A stretch of DNA of 63,772 nucleotides, the filler included, from Licmophora abbreviata (lineage: Eukaryota): assembly GCA_900291995.1 (NCBI GenBank). It is 13 parts of 13 records of this genome, joined end to end, with 100 filler letters (N's around TTAATTAATTAA, not from the genome) between each part and the next. Parts side by side here need not be neighbours in the genome. Positions count along the whole stretch, not along the records: positions 1 to 4,604 come from OLMU01002600.1; positions 4,705 to 15,680 come from OLMU01002602.1; 11 more parts are not named here. One strand, given 5' to 3'. The position numbers and the translations under genes are program-made. This document shows positions 1-11,637 of the stretch, in pieces (position 1 is the first letter of the stretch; the number at the start of each line of letters is the position of its first letter). The notes beneath the pieces were generated by a model. That model did not search any database and was not told the origin of the DNA. It worked only from the letters and a program-made list of their open reading frames with translations.

Positions 1-2057
1 AAAATATTCTCGTTGAGGTCGCTGGGATGCGGGCGACCAAAATTCTTCCTTCGATCGAAGTTGACGGTGATGCGCCAGCGGAATCTCACTTGCCAGAAAG
101 GGTTGCCCATCGGCAGAATGATAACCGATCCCGAGAATTGGCGAACATTGAACCGCTCGTTGAGGTGTCTCCCCACGACGACTCCTCGGCGGGTATCAAC
201 GCAACTGAATTGCTGACCATAGACGTGCAGGAGATCTCAGCTACTTTGGAGAATGTGGCATGGAGCTTTGAGCAGACATATATGCCGTACCTGAAAGGAG
301 TCGGCAAGGCGAATGTCAAGCTTTCAGATGGAGCGATTCGCCTCCAGTTTGAGCTGAGGAGGAAACGATTCTCCAGCCCTCATACGGACAGCGAGGAATG
401 GGAGCCAGCGCTCTGTTTGCATGATCGAAGCTGCTCGATCGGCGAGGTGGAGCTATCCTTACAGGGTGAAGGTCGATTGACATGGATATTCAATAAGCTC
501 GCTTCGATCTTCAAAGGTCCGCTTCGTGATTACGTTGTTCGCACAATTATTGATATTCTGACCGGCAAGAGTGGTTACATTTTGGAGCAGCTCAATGAGA
601 ATCTTGCTCCATACTGGCCGCTCATTCTGAGAACCTCCGGTTTGTCTTTGGAGGAGCTGGAGGAAGCTGGGACAGACGACATTACAGCTTCAATTCCATC
701 CGAAGAAGATGTGTTTACGGAGCTCGTCTGGCGAGAAAGTCTACCACTTGGTATGAATCTTCTACTGAACGATGATAGTGGTCTGTTGAAGATTGTCGAC
801 TTCCCTCGTGGTAGTCAGGCTCGTGCCGTTTGTGAACAGCGACAGATTGACCCCGAGCGCTTCAAAGGTGCGACGATATTGGCTGTGAATGGAGGCCGCT
901 ATGACACTCGTGAGCAGCTGTTTAATGCCCTGAAGGACCCTGGTCGGCCCAAGTCGATTCTTTTTGAGCTTGCAGAAAGGGAGGATGCCGAACGGATCCA
1001 GCGTTTTGTCGAGGGAAATAATGCTTCAAGGAAGAAGTATGTGAACGTGGAGGAGCGCGAATCGAACCGTGACACGACATTCTGTGTCCGGACAGTGAAG
1101 TTCACGGAGAAGCCCCCCATCGGAATTGAGTTTGCGACTGCGCTTGACGGAATCGGTCTCGTCGTTTCTGATTTCCTATCAGGCGACGACGGGATAGTTC
1201 TCGCCGCAGAACGCGAGACCCTGATCCATCGGGGTGACCTGCTGACGCACATTGACGGCGAGCTGGTTCTAGGCGAAGACGGCCACGGACGGGCACACGC
1301 TATCTCAATACTGGAATCGATAGGAGATGAAAGGCCTCTCTCACTGTCCTTCACAGACTGCTACACATTCCAGGAAACGTTTGAGAAGCCTAACAACGGT
1401 GTAGTTGACTTTGGCGGACCCGATGAACTGATCCTGGCTGAAAGGATTTTGCCGGATATGTCAAAACGCATAGCAATTGACGGGTTTCAGGAGGTTAGCG
1501 GGACAGCCGAAGCGGGTGGCATAATGATTGGCGACCATCTAGTGTTTATAAATGGAGTTCCAGTTGGAGCAGGGTGTCGCTTGTTTGGCGACACCAATAC
1601 TTCCCCGGAACTTCACGATATTTATTCCATGCTCCGTGAGCCATCTGCCTATCCAATTGGGTTAACTTTTGCTCGGCCGAGATCGGCAGAGAGGCGATGG
1701 GGATCAGCGGCTGCGCCGCTGAAACAATTTAACGTGGAAGCTGCGGAGACTATCTGCATCACAGCAGATAACTTCGAGCACATAGGCTGTGTATTCGAGA
1801 ATAGGGGCTATTCCGACGTCGTTGTCACGGACTTGTTCGCTGTCCCAGGGCCAATTCAAGGCGGAATGCAGCGCTTCAAGGACTCGTCGGGAAATGTGCA
1901 CCTGTCAGTCGAGTCCGTCAATGGACAATTCGTCCCGTCGTACGCGAACCCTGATATTGCGAAGAATGCGATGAAACGAAGCTGGACGGACACGGGGCGA
2001 ATCGAGCTTGTCTTGGTCGATGACACGAGAAAAATGTGGGTTCAAAAGCTTACTTAA
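1..2057 (+). CDS. 5'-truncated protein with BPI/TULIP-like lipid-binding region followed by several PDZ-like repeats
   Basis: Frame open from window start. WSFEQTYMPYLKGVG...WIFNKLASIFKGPLRDYV resembles TULIP/BPI. PDZ-like motifs: LPLGMNL, PPIGIEF, IHRGDLLTHIDG, IMIGDHLVFING. Confidence 0.55.
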   Translation, partial: NILVEVAGMRATKILPSIEVDGDAPAESHLPERVAHRQNDNRSRELANIEPLVEVSPHDDSSAGINATELLTIDVQEISATLENVAWSFEQTYMPYLKGVGKANVKLSDGAIRLQFELRRKRFSSPHTDSEEWEPALCLHDRSCSIGEVELSLQGEGRLTWIFNKLASIFKGPLRDYVVRTIIDILTGKSGYILEQLNENLAPYWPLILRTSGLSLEELEEAGTDDITASIPSEEDVFTELVWRESLPLGMNLLLNDDSGLLKIVDFPRGSQARAVCEQRQIDPERFKGATILAVNGGRYDTREQLFNALKDPGRPKSILFELAEREDAERIQRFVEGNNASRKKYVNVEERESNRDTTFCVRTVKFTEKPPIGIEFATALDGIGLVVSDFLSGDDGIVLAAERETLIHRGDLLTHIDGELVLGEDGHGRAHAISILESIGDERPLSLSFTDCYTFQETFEKPNNGVVDFGGPDELILAERILPDMSKRIAIDGFQEVSGTAEAGGIMIGDHLVFINGVPVGAGCRLFGDTNTSPELHDIYSMLREPSAYPIGLTFARPRSAERRWGSAAAPLKQFNVEAAETICITADNFEHIGCVFENRGYSDVVVTDLFAVPGPIQGGMQRFKDSSGNVHLSVESVNGQFVPSYANPDIAKNAMKRSWTDTGRIELVLVDDTRKMWVQKLT

Positions 2058-2073
2058 TTTAGATGTTAGACTG

Positions 2074-4349
2074 TCACTCGTCATCTGAATCGTCAAGTTC
2101 TGAGTCGTCGTCGGCCTCTTCTTGCTGCTTCTTCCATCTCGCCGCCATCTCAAGGATCTTGAGGTTACTTGACTCTGCCCCTTCGTCGTCGGGAAAGTGG
2201 TAGTCAAAATATTCTTCCCATCCAAGCTCGGCACCATGGTCATCCGTTCGCATTCGCTTTCTCTTGATGCGCCTTGGCATTTTATTTTCTACCTCGGAGA
2301 CACTGGCTGAATCGCCTTTCTGCATCTCGAATACCCTCCATGCGTCGAGCAGCAGAACTCGCTCTTCCTTCAAACTCTCTACTTTCAGCTGATCGTATGC
2401 TTTCGAGAAGATTGAGCGTGCCGATTGGACCCCCGAGCCCACTTCGGTGGCCTCGAATTGAGCATAAGATATCCACACCTTGACATGCCCGGTTCTCTCA
2501 AGGAGCCTTTTGTAAAGGTGACGAGCATTTTCAGCCTCTCCCTCTCCAATCTCGAAATCAATGTAGTCCTTCCATAGCTTCTCTGGCATATCCAGGGCTT
2601 GCTGCTCGATGGCCAATTTGTAAATGGCTCGGCATCGCTGTTGTATGGAGGCGCATTCAAAACGCGGAAAAGTAGTTAGACAAACTGGTGCCTGATGGGC
2701 GGTAGAGAAGGGTATGTCTCCGAGCATCATTTGACATACCTCACTTTCGCCCAACGACTTCTCGAGATCGGCGTATTTCGCCCATGCACGGCAGTTGTAG
2801 GGCATCGCTTTCAAGTAGTTCCCATACAGTACCCGACACCGGTCCACTTCCCCCAAAGCAAGTTCAAGCGCGATATACTCCTCAAAGATCTTTTCCTTGC
2901 CGCAAATTCCGATGGCCCTTCCAAGTAACCTGCGCGCCAACGGCAAGTCTTTTCGTCGAACGTACAATTTGGCAGCATTGACCCATATCTTCGAGAAATC
3001 GAACTTCTTGTGAGGGATGATAGAAAGACAAGTATCGTACACTTGCGAGGCACGACCAGTGTCCCTCATTCTGAGCTCCTCGAATACGGCATAATAGATC
3101 CAAAGATAAATGTATCTTCTCCTTCAGACGAACAATAGCAATAGGATGCGTGAGTGATGTGCAGCTGTTTCTGGTGTTGTAAATTTCCATGTCGAGCCAT
3201 CGTCTTTCCAACTTACCAATGATCTTTTTCCTGAGTGGGGGGCACGTTCGACACAGCTCGCTCATAGACGTCACGAACCGCCATGGCATCCCCATGCTCT
3301 TCTTCCAATTTAGCGTACTCGAACCAAACATCATAATCCAGCGGATTGCTCTGTATTTGCTTATTATACTCTTCCCTCTGTTTCATCAGAATAACGTCTT
3401 CGATTCCCTCTCGATCCCCGTGTTTCTTTTCGAAAGCGACATACGCCTTGTACAACTCGTCACGCTTGCTTCGCTCGTAGTCGGTCATATCGGCCTCTTC
3501 CTCGAAGGTAAGGTTCCCACCGCCCCCTAGCTTCAGGAGCTTGATGGCATGCTTGTATATTACACGCGCTCGTTCAAACTCTCCGTGGCGTTCCTCAAAA
3601 GACGTAAATTGTTTGAAGACTCGCGCTTGACGAGATTCTTCGGGTTCGAGTTCGGCGAGTGCCGCTTCGAATATTGTGCGTGCAAGGGCACCGTTCTTTG
3701 CCTCGAATTCTGCCCACTTGGCAAATCTTAAGAATGCTCTCGCAGAGGGGTACGTGTTGACGTACTTCCGCATGACTGCTTCCGCGCGGTCCAAGTGATT
3801 ACTCCGTGTCTCGAAGCGTGCGTAGGAAAGCCAAGCGTTGTCGTCGGGCATCCACTGCATCCACCGCTCAAATACGGCCCGGCACTTGGGCATATCCCCG
3901 ACCATTTCCTCCATATAGACATATTTATACCAGAGAAAGTCGACCCTGGGAAGGATCTGCACTGCTCGATCCAGGACGTTTCTGGCATGGTTGATAAACT
4001 CGTTTCTCATTTCGAACTCCGCATACCTTAGCCAAAGTTCCGACGACCGGTGCTCCACTTCGAGAGCTCGTTCGAATACCGATCTGGCCCTTTCGAATTC
4101 TTTGTTGTCTTCTTCAAAACGAGAATATTTGACCCAGTTTCCGATATCTTCTCGTCGATAGCGAATGTTGTCTTCGTACTTCTTGCGGCGGTCGCGCAGA
4201 TGCGACTGATACTCCTCGGCATCGTGCACCTTGACAATCGGTTCCAATACATGCTGCTCCTGTCGCTCAGATGCCTCTCTCAAGACCTGCTCCGCCGATA
4301 TCTGAATCGGAGCGGGGGCACGATTCTTAATTTGACCTGAACGAGACAT
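2074..4349 (-). CDS. CRNKL1: Crooked neck-like splicing factor (HAT repeats), 3 exons
   Basis: N-terminal KNRAPAPIQISAEQVLREA, HAT repeats, WRRYIYLWIYYA, GWEEYFDYHFPDD. Introns 3122-3216 and 2638-2739 (GT-AG). Confidence 0.95.
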
Positions 4350-4604
4350 GGTGAATTAGAGGCGTGATTCGGGATCGTGAGGTCCAGCCAAGATGAAAGA
4401 ATCTAATAATCGCCGCAGATCACAGACGAGAAAACTTTTTATTGCAAATAATCCGGAGTGGCGAACAAGACGCAAACAGCTGAGACACAGTCAACGACGA
4501 CGGCAAAGCTGGCTTCAATTCTCATGGTCAACTGTTATGTTACTGATGATGTGTGGTTCGAGAGCTTCACGTCTGTCGTGTGTACAGGACCGCGTTACAC
4601 CGAG

Positions 4605-4704
4605 NNNNNNNNNNNNNNNNNNNNNNNNNNNNNNNNNNNNNNNNNNNNTTAATTAATTAANNNNNNNNNNNNNNNNNNNNNNNNNNNNNNNNNNNNNNNN
4701 NNNN
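4605..4704. other. Artificial scaffold spacer N44-TTAATTAATTAA-N44. Repeats at 15681, 18890, 23327, 31599, 36734, 40968, 52292, 55818, 57769, 60381 and 61961.
   Basis: Identical 100-nt layout 12 times; the core gives stops in all six frames. Confidence 0.98.
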
Positions 4705-5525
4705 ACCATCACTCCTGCTCGCCGAAGTCCAGACCGCGCGCCGCAGCCGCAGCCCCATTGCGTCATTCTCCCTCTCCCACAGAGCTTGATCGAGAGATCA
4801 TTGACTTTGTCAAGACTTTCGACAGCAAGAAGGACCATGCAAGTCTCCTTTCCGAGCAGCTTTTGATGATGCGCCATTGGAATGCCAAACTCAAGGAGCA
4901 ACGAACCGGCTTAGACACGGACCCCGTCGCCATGACTGCCTTGCATCGAGCGCACACGTCGCTCGTTCTAGACGATGTCATGGATCCCATCAATGTCCAT
5001 CCTGAAGTCCTTCGTCAGCAGCAGTTTCTTCGAAAACTCATCAAGAAACAGGAAGAGGAAATGGACCGGATTGTCCGCGACCACCAAGCGCGTCAACAAA
5101 GACGGTCGGACGCACCCAATGCGCACGACGTCCTCTCCTTCGGTCGCGAGAGAGACGACGATAGAACTTTGCGTGATCCAAGCGCCTTCAAATGCAGCGA
5201 CGACGACAATCGCCTCTCGTCCAAGTCCAAGGAACTAAAGAATCTCGTCGACATGTCGAGCTCAGACTGTACTGAGGGTGATGGTCATGTTGAGTTGTAT
5301 CCTGGACGCAAGGTCAAGATCCTCAGCAAGAGCCATGCCTACGCCTCACTTGCCGCCGGCGATGCTGCGCTCTTTCAGTGCGCCGGTTGTGCTAGAGCGC
5401 TAATGGCGGCAGCATCTACAAAACTTCTATATTGCTCAGCGTGCGGAACGCTGACGCCGACAGACATGGACTGCGCCCATGACGAACCCTCCCCTTACGA
5501 TGACGAGAATTGTCGTCAATTTTGA
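4705..5525 (+). CDS. Hypothetical protein with C-terminal CxxC-x17-CxxC zinc ribbon (5' end in gap)
   Basis: Long ORF with VELYPG...QCAGC...LYCSACGTLTP. Confidence 0.6.
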
Positions 5526-6015
5526 GCAAGTACTGCTCTCTTGTTGCTTTGTGCAGACACGAACACTACGGGGATACGTCAAAGAGAGTCGCGTCCACTC
5601 TTTCCATCGATTCATTGACCACTCATCGAATTGCAACGACATTCGAATGAGCCAATAGCAAAACTATCATAACTGTAGAACACTTTGAATGAGACGTGTG
5701 TGTATATGGCTGTCCTCCTAGAAGTAGGTAATGCCAGGTACACATTTCATACATAACATCCGCCTGTGGTCGGGGTCGTGGTCGTTACGCGTAGAGCCCA
5801 CACGGCGCGCCTAGCGCGGGGCTTCACACACACACTCACACACTGCACACAACACACGACGGGGTGCAGCACTATCATCCAAGCTTCACCGGTGTATGAG
5901 GCGACGCAGTTGACTACTTAATACGTTTGGTTACGAAGATAATGTATCGGATCGCTTAGAGTATTATTGTTCAAACGAGAAAGAGGGTCACTGACGATAG
6001 AGAAGTAAAACCAGT

Positions 6016-6953
6016 ATGCCTGGTCACAAACGATCGCGAGCTCTGTGGGGTGAGGCGCGACGACCAGGGGCGCCTCGCACGGCTCTGCTTCGGGCGATTC
6101 TGTATGAGATTCAACCTGTTCGGTTTTCTTCTCTTGAGTATGATGGACTCTTGGCGTGGCTCGCGACGGCATTGAGGACAGTCATGTTCATTCATGACCG
6201 ACACAGTGCCGTCGCTGTCACGCACTTCATATAGACTGGTCTCCGCCATGTCTCGACGCAATTGGATGGCTGCAGTCGCGGTTGTGGCGTATTACTATCT
6301 TGTTCGATTCGCTCACCGGTGAGTTTCAAGTTCTTGGAGAGGTGCGCGCCATTCGTCGGTACTTCGTCATGGTTACTGACCACTGCTTGCGATCTTGATC
6401 CCCAAGAATCATGGACGCCGGACCGCTCGTCATGATTCTGACCGCGTTGGTGGTAATCTTTACATTCGGACTTGGTGACACTCATCAGAGTGGTCTTTCA
6501 GCTTACTCAGTCTTCAACCGAGGCTTTCATCGATTGATTGGCGACTTGGACGCAGATGCGTTGGTGCAGCAACATATCGGCGGGGGAGCCATGGCACTTG
6601 GAGGGATATTGCCCCCTGCTCCTCCTTTACAACAAGACGACAACCATATTCCTCCGATGGGGCGACAGGACGAGGGTGAAGCTCGTCTGCCCAATCGAAA
6701 TAACAACGATGCCAATGTGCGAGATGACGACGGTCACGACAACGAACCTGGGCAGCCTGGACGGGCGAGGCGGTCTGGAAAGAAGGCGAGGAGACGAAAC
6801 CAGGAGCAACGACGAGAGGTTCAGCGCCAACGACAAGCTGCAATGGACATGGGATTTGCGGGGGATGGCGGAGAGCAGGAGATGATGGCGATGCAAAGAC
6901 TGCTTGAAGAGCAAATCGCGGCCGGCAACAATCGCAATGATGCCGGCCAATAG
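6016..6953 (+). CDS. SAYSD1: SAYSvFN-motif membrane protein, probably 3 exons
   Basis: GLSAYSVFNRGF after a hydrophobic helix. Frame-preserving introns 6138-6234 (less certain) and 6319-6406. Confidence 0.85.
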
Positions 6954-7030
6954 ACGTCACTACGAGCTGCAGCTCCATCAACCCCTTTTGGGACGATCTT
7001 GCTCTAGCCAGAAAAACACATTCGTTATTA

Positions 7031-7975
7031 TTATTGGACTTGACCCACAACTAGTGGAACGCCTAGATTCAGCCTTACAAAATCGAGCAAGGTCAATATC
7101 ATCATGCCGTAGCCACAACTAGACACAACAGTATCCCACATGGTAACTCGTTTGGCCGTAGGTTCTTTGGAATCAACGTCGTCGTCAAACTCAAAAAAAG
7201 CGGGAAAGCTGACGAGAAAGTATATACCATAGAACGCAGATCCCACTGTATACGCCATATCTCGGTCTTCAAATGAGTAATATGGATATGACGAAATAGT
7301 CAATGTCTCCATGAATGCTGTGAAATAGCTGAATACGACCACGACACTAATGTACAGAATGGTTCTCCTCGCAGAGGCAGCATACGTAGTCACAATGTTT
7401 CGCAGCAAGGCGTTGCTGAAGACGTGATACGTGGAGAAATAGAAATGCGTCGCAAAGAACATGGCAATGGGAACGTTGTTCAATCTATGAGCAGACATGG
7501 TGTATTCAGCCCGCAGAACTGAATAGAAGTAGTGGGTATACCAGTAGTTTCCGATAAAGGAGTAAACAGCGAGCCAGACATTTGCTTTCGCGGAATATCT
7601 CATGAGCAGAGGTCGGTACTGGTCTGGCGATCGAAATCCAGCAGACGGATAGACCAGTGGCTGCAGTAGCAAAGGGAGCGCCAGTCCACCGCAGACAATG
7701 AGGTAGTGCCAAGGTGTGAAGTCTTCATACAATTGAAAGACAACAATGACACCGAAAAGCACAATCCAAATGGGAGTGTAAACAAGAGCAAACATTTCGT
7801 ACGCGTACTTGGACGGCTGCAGAGTCGGGTCCGCAAGGAAAGTCGAAGATTCCGTGTCGCCTGCGGTGCGTTTCTTTGGAACTTGCGCGGTGACGAGAGA
7901 AGCCGTAAGAACCACCATGGTTCCCAGAATGGTGGCCATGGTGGTCGCAATGTTACTTTCAGATGGATCTGTCAT
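7031..7975 (-). CDS. CPI1: Cycloeucalenol cycloisomerase (sterol biosynthesis)
   Basis: Multi-TM protein with KANVWLAVYSFIGNYWYTHYFY, NNVPI..FFATHFYF, GSAFYGIYFLVSFP. Confidence 0.9.
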   Translation of the reverse strand: MTDPSESNIATTMATILGTMVVLTASLVTAQVPKKRTAGDTESSTFLADPTLQPSKYAYEMFALVYTPIWIVLFGVIVVFQLYEDFTPWHYLIVCGGLALPLLLQPLVYPSAGFRSPDQYRPLLMRYSAKANVWLAVYSFIGNYWYTHYFYSVLRAEYTMSAHRLNNVPIAMFFATHFYFSTYHVFSNALLRNIVTTYAASARRTILYISVVVVFSYFTAFMETLTISSYPYYSFEDRDMAYTVGSAFYGIYFLVSFPAFFEFDDDVDSKEPTAKRVTMWDTVVSSCGYGMMILTLLDFVRLNLGVPLVVGQVQ

Positions 7976-8318
7976 GCCCCGTCGTTAATCGGATAGACTG
8001 AATGCTGTTCCCGCCGGTAAGGACTGAAGTTCAAAGTAGTGTCTCCGTTGTTGCCTCGTGGCTTCCACCCTCCGAACGAAATCAAGTCACTGTGACAGTA
8101 ACTTCCCATTTACTTAGGTAATATGACATAAAGACGACATCAGACACCTGATATGCCATCAATAACCATGGCACACCCCATCACGCGGCGGGACGATGAA
8201 CATTGCTCTGATCATTGACACGATCCATTGCTTTCATCTTGAATTTCCTCCCGGCACTGCATCTAAGCAGACTTCTTAGATCAGCTCAATCTCTTTAACT
8301 TTGCTTTGAGATTCACGA

Positions 8319-9666
8319 ATGAAACGACGACGAAGCATCACGCTTGCACTTGCCGCCTCGTGCATGTCGTCCATGGCGCTCGCTGCCTCGGGTGGGACAG
8401 TGTCGACGGGACTGACGAATTTGGGAAATACCTGCTATCTCAATGCTCAACTGCAAGGCGCCTTTCATATCCCCCGAGTTCGGCAAGTCATTGGCAGTTC
8501 GATTGCATCTCAGATTGACGACACTTCAGACGCAACGTGCAAAACAGACAGTATGGGTTTGATCGCACTGCGACAGGTCTTTCGCGATATGGAAGCAGCA
8601 TCAACAGCCGGCTATGGTGCCGCCGTAGCGCCAACGGTACTGTGTCGGGCGTTGGGCATTCCCGTCATGGACCAACAAGACTCCCAAGAGTTTTGGAAAC
8701 TTTTGCTGCCTGAACTGGATCTTGAATCGCTATCAGACCTGTACCAGGGTACATACGAGGATTACATTACAGCTGTTGACGGCTCCGGGCGCGAACGGAG
8801 ACGAGACGAGCCCTTTTTGGACTTGTCTTTGGACGTCCAGAGGTAAGTAGAATTCACGTCGTATCTGAGCACATTCGTTCCTCTAGCCTTAAGCCAACCG
8901 TCGGTTTGTGCTCTCTGTCCCGACCCTCGGATAGACCGTTGCTTCTCGACTCCTTGCACGACATGTTTGGCACACCGGAGCTCCTAAGTGAAAAGGAAGG
9001 AAACGGATGGAGACCCGAAAAGGGCGCTGACAAGGTCGATGCGCTCAAGGGATCGTTGTTGCGAGTGGAGGGACTTCCGTCTATCCTTCAGTGCCACTTG
9101 AAGCGATTTCAGTATGACTGGCAGACAGATCTCATGAGCAAAATCAACAGCCGGCTCACGTTTCCAAAGGTACTGTTCTAGGTGGTGCCCGCGATCCAAT
9201 GAAGTATCCAGAACTTCCTCTGCGCTGACTCTCACACCGTGTCTCTTTTTGGTCGCTTTAGGAACTTGACCTCACAACAGTATGTATAGACGTGCCCAAA
9301 CATAAAGAGCACGCGGCCTTGTACGATTTACAAGCTGTGATTGTTCATGTGGGCGAGTACGGGGCAGGACACTACTACTCGTATGTGCGCCCTGACGTGC
9401 GCAGTGAAGCTTGGTATCGATTCGATGACGACGCCGTAACACCTGTTTCCTTTCGGGACGTCGTCACTGACGCCTACGGAGGGAGAGCGGCTGTCAAGAA
9501 GGGTAAAGTGAAAACAAGCGGTAGGGGGCAAGGATTTCTGACACGAATATTCGGCAGTATGCAAGGAGGAGCATCGTTCGGGTACGGAGGCCGCACGAGT
9601 AGCGCCTACATGCTGCAGTACGTTAGGCGGAAGGACATACCTTTGCTCTATGACGATGTCAATTAG
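8319..9666 (+). CDS. Ubiquitin-specific protease (peptidase C19) with N-terminal signal peptide, 3 exons
   Basis: Cys box GLTNLGNTCYLNAQLQ, QQDSQEF, His box HVGEYGAGHYYSY..WYRFDD. Introns 8843-8934 and 9170-9261. Confidence 0.9.
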
Positions 9667-9752
9667 GCAGGAGGACTCAGACTAGTAGTAGCCGCCCCAG
9701 TGAGGATGCTAGGCGTAGAGATAATATACACAATCAACGCAAGTGTCAAAAT

Positions 9753-11363
9753 TTACTGCTGCCTGTACGCGCTCTCGGATCTGGGAGTAAACAAATCAGG
9801 GCGTTCATTGGGACCTTCAGGCCAGACATTTTGCGACACCCGAACCATGTCGTCCGCCATGGGTGCGCAAAATATCATTTCTTCGCCCGTGACAGGGTGA
9901 TTCACTTCAAGTCGATACGCATGAAGCAAGGGGCGTCCAATCTGATGTCTCATGGACAACTTCTTGTTCCAATCTGACAGTCCGTAGACGTCATCGCCAT
10001 AAATGGTAGTGCGACGATCCTGCAGATGAACTCGAATCTGATGCGTGCGACCCGTCTCGATCCGTACCTGTACGAGACTTAGTTTTCCATCGAATGCAAG
10101 CGTGTCAACGAACGACAGCGCCCGCCTCCCCGACTGTGACGGCGACGTTGGATCTAGAATGCGATCCTTTGGTGCCATTCCGCTGCTATTTCTCCTGTGC
10201 GGGTCCGGAACAACTCTCATCCGTTGCCGATGAATTGGATGACGACCGATCGGCTTGTCAATGCACACCCGCTTTCCCGGATTGCCAACTGTGATCGCAA
10301 TATAAGTCTTTTTTACCTTTCGTGAGGCAAATGATTCTGACAGTACTGCCAATGCCGTTCTCGTCTTGGCTACTACCAAAACGCCAGTAGTGCCCTTGTC
10401 GAGACGGTGGACAATGCCTGGCCGGAAAGATACAGTCTCCCCATCTTTTTCATGTACCGAGACCCCGCTGGTATAGTCAGACAAAACGCTACCTTCACAA
10501 CTGACAAAGTCACCACTCCCATAGGGGCTCTCATGAGACAAATAGTAGGCAAGGGCATTCACTACTGTCCCATCCCAGTTTCCAGCCGCAGGGTGCACAA
10601 CCATGCCGGCAGCCTTGTTCAATACAACCATGTGCTCGTCCTCGTAAAGTATCGCCAGTGGGAGATCCTGTGCAACGACCTCCGTCGGTGCTTCCTTATA
10701 GAAGTGCGTCACCTCGACGAGCATTCCGGATTCTACTTTGAACGACTTTCGATTCATCGTCGAGTACTGCGACTGTTCGTTCACCTTGACACGCACGTTG
10801 CCTTCGGTGACGATGCTTCCAAAATTTGATCGCGAGAGAGAAGGTTCCAGAGCCGCTAATGCTGTATCTAAACGCTTGTTGTCGAGATCCTCCGATATTG
10901 TGTAGATACGAATGTCTGTTGTAGTTTGGTCATCGATGTTGCTGTGTTCCGTCACATCGCTATCGTCTGTTGGATCCACAAACACAGTTTCAAGTTCATG
11001 CTCAAATTTCTCAATTTGAGACAAATTAAAGTTGGAAATTGGAGGTCGCTTTGCCGAAAGACTAATGAGTGCCCTCTTTCTGGAAGACCGACTTTTCGGT
11101 GCGCCTGCAACTGAGAATGCTTCTGCCTTGTGCGGCGATGTATTCGAGGGCGACGACAGAAGCACCATCAGCGCAACCAGCATCGACAAGCTGGTACAGG
11201 AACGTATGCGTATTCTCCCCTTCCCAGCTGAAGGATGCATTCTCTTCAATTTCTTCTGTCTGACCGGAGGCATCAGTGAGGATCCACTGCGTTCGAGACG
11301 GTGTAACGGCGCCATTGTCATGGTCGAGGCTAATTCGAAAGTTGAAAGTGTGCCTCCGCGCAT
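9753..11363 (-). CDS. RluA/RluD-family pseudouridine synthase with S4 domain, probably plastid-targeted
   Basis: LNKAAGMVVHP, RPGIVHRLDKGTTG, ETGRTHQIRVH, LHAYRL. Hydrophobic leader ending AEA-F. True start uncertain. Confidence 0.9.
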   Translation of the reverse strand: MRGGTLSTFELASTMTMAPLHRLERSGSSLMPPVRQKKLKRMHPSAGKGRIRIRSCTSLSMLVALMVLLSSPSNTSPHKAEAFSVAGAPKSRSSRKRALISLSAKRPPISNFNLSQIEKFEHELETVFVDPTDDSDVTEHSNIDDQTTTDIRIYTISEDLDNKRLDTALAALEPSLSRSNFGSIVTEGNVRVKVNEQSQYSTMNRKSFKVESGMLVEVTHFYKEAPTEVVAQDLPLAILYEDEHMVVLNKAAGMVVHPAAGNWDGTVVNALAYYLSHESPYGSGDFVSCEGSVLSDYTSGVSVHEKDGETVSFRPGIVHRLDKGTTGVLVVAKTRTALAVLSESFASRKVKKTYIAITVGNPGKRVCIDKPIGRHPIHRQRMRVVPDPHRRNSSGMAPKDRILDPTSPSQSGRRALSFVDTLAFDGKLSLVQVRIETGRTHQIRVHLQDRRTTIYGDDVYGLSDWNKKLSMRHQIGRPLLHAYRLEVNHPVTGEEMIFCAPMADDMVRVSQNVWPEGPNERPDLFTPRSESAYRQQ

Positions 11364-11637
11364 CGGGCCTCGTCATACCGGTAGGTGGAAATGAATGGCT
11401 CTCATCGTTTCATCCGTGCGCGATTTCTAAGAAAACGATCGCGCGATGACATTAGTGGTCTGTCATTCTGTGCGTTGCGGAGTTAGAAGATGACCTCTCG
11501 GAGACACGCGATGACGAGAGACGACGCCCATCCACCACAAAAGTCAAAAACCAACCTTTGAAGCAATCACACATCATCAGTGAAGAGACTCTTCACGTCA
11601 GACTTTATCCGACTTTTAGACTGCCTTTTGTGCCATC

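Noticed and set aside
4605..4704. Repeated TTAATTAATTAA palindrome as a biological repeat or CRISPR-like array
   Set aside because: Always embedded in exactly 44+44 Ns; it is an assembly linker.
5825..5860. CA-rich run as a regulatory element
   Set aside because: Ordinary imperfect microsatellite.
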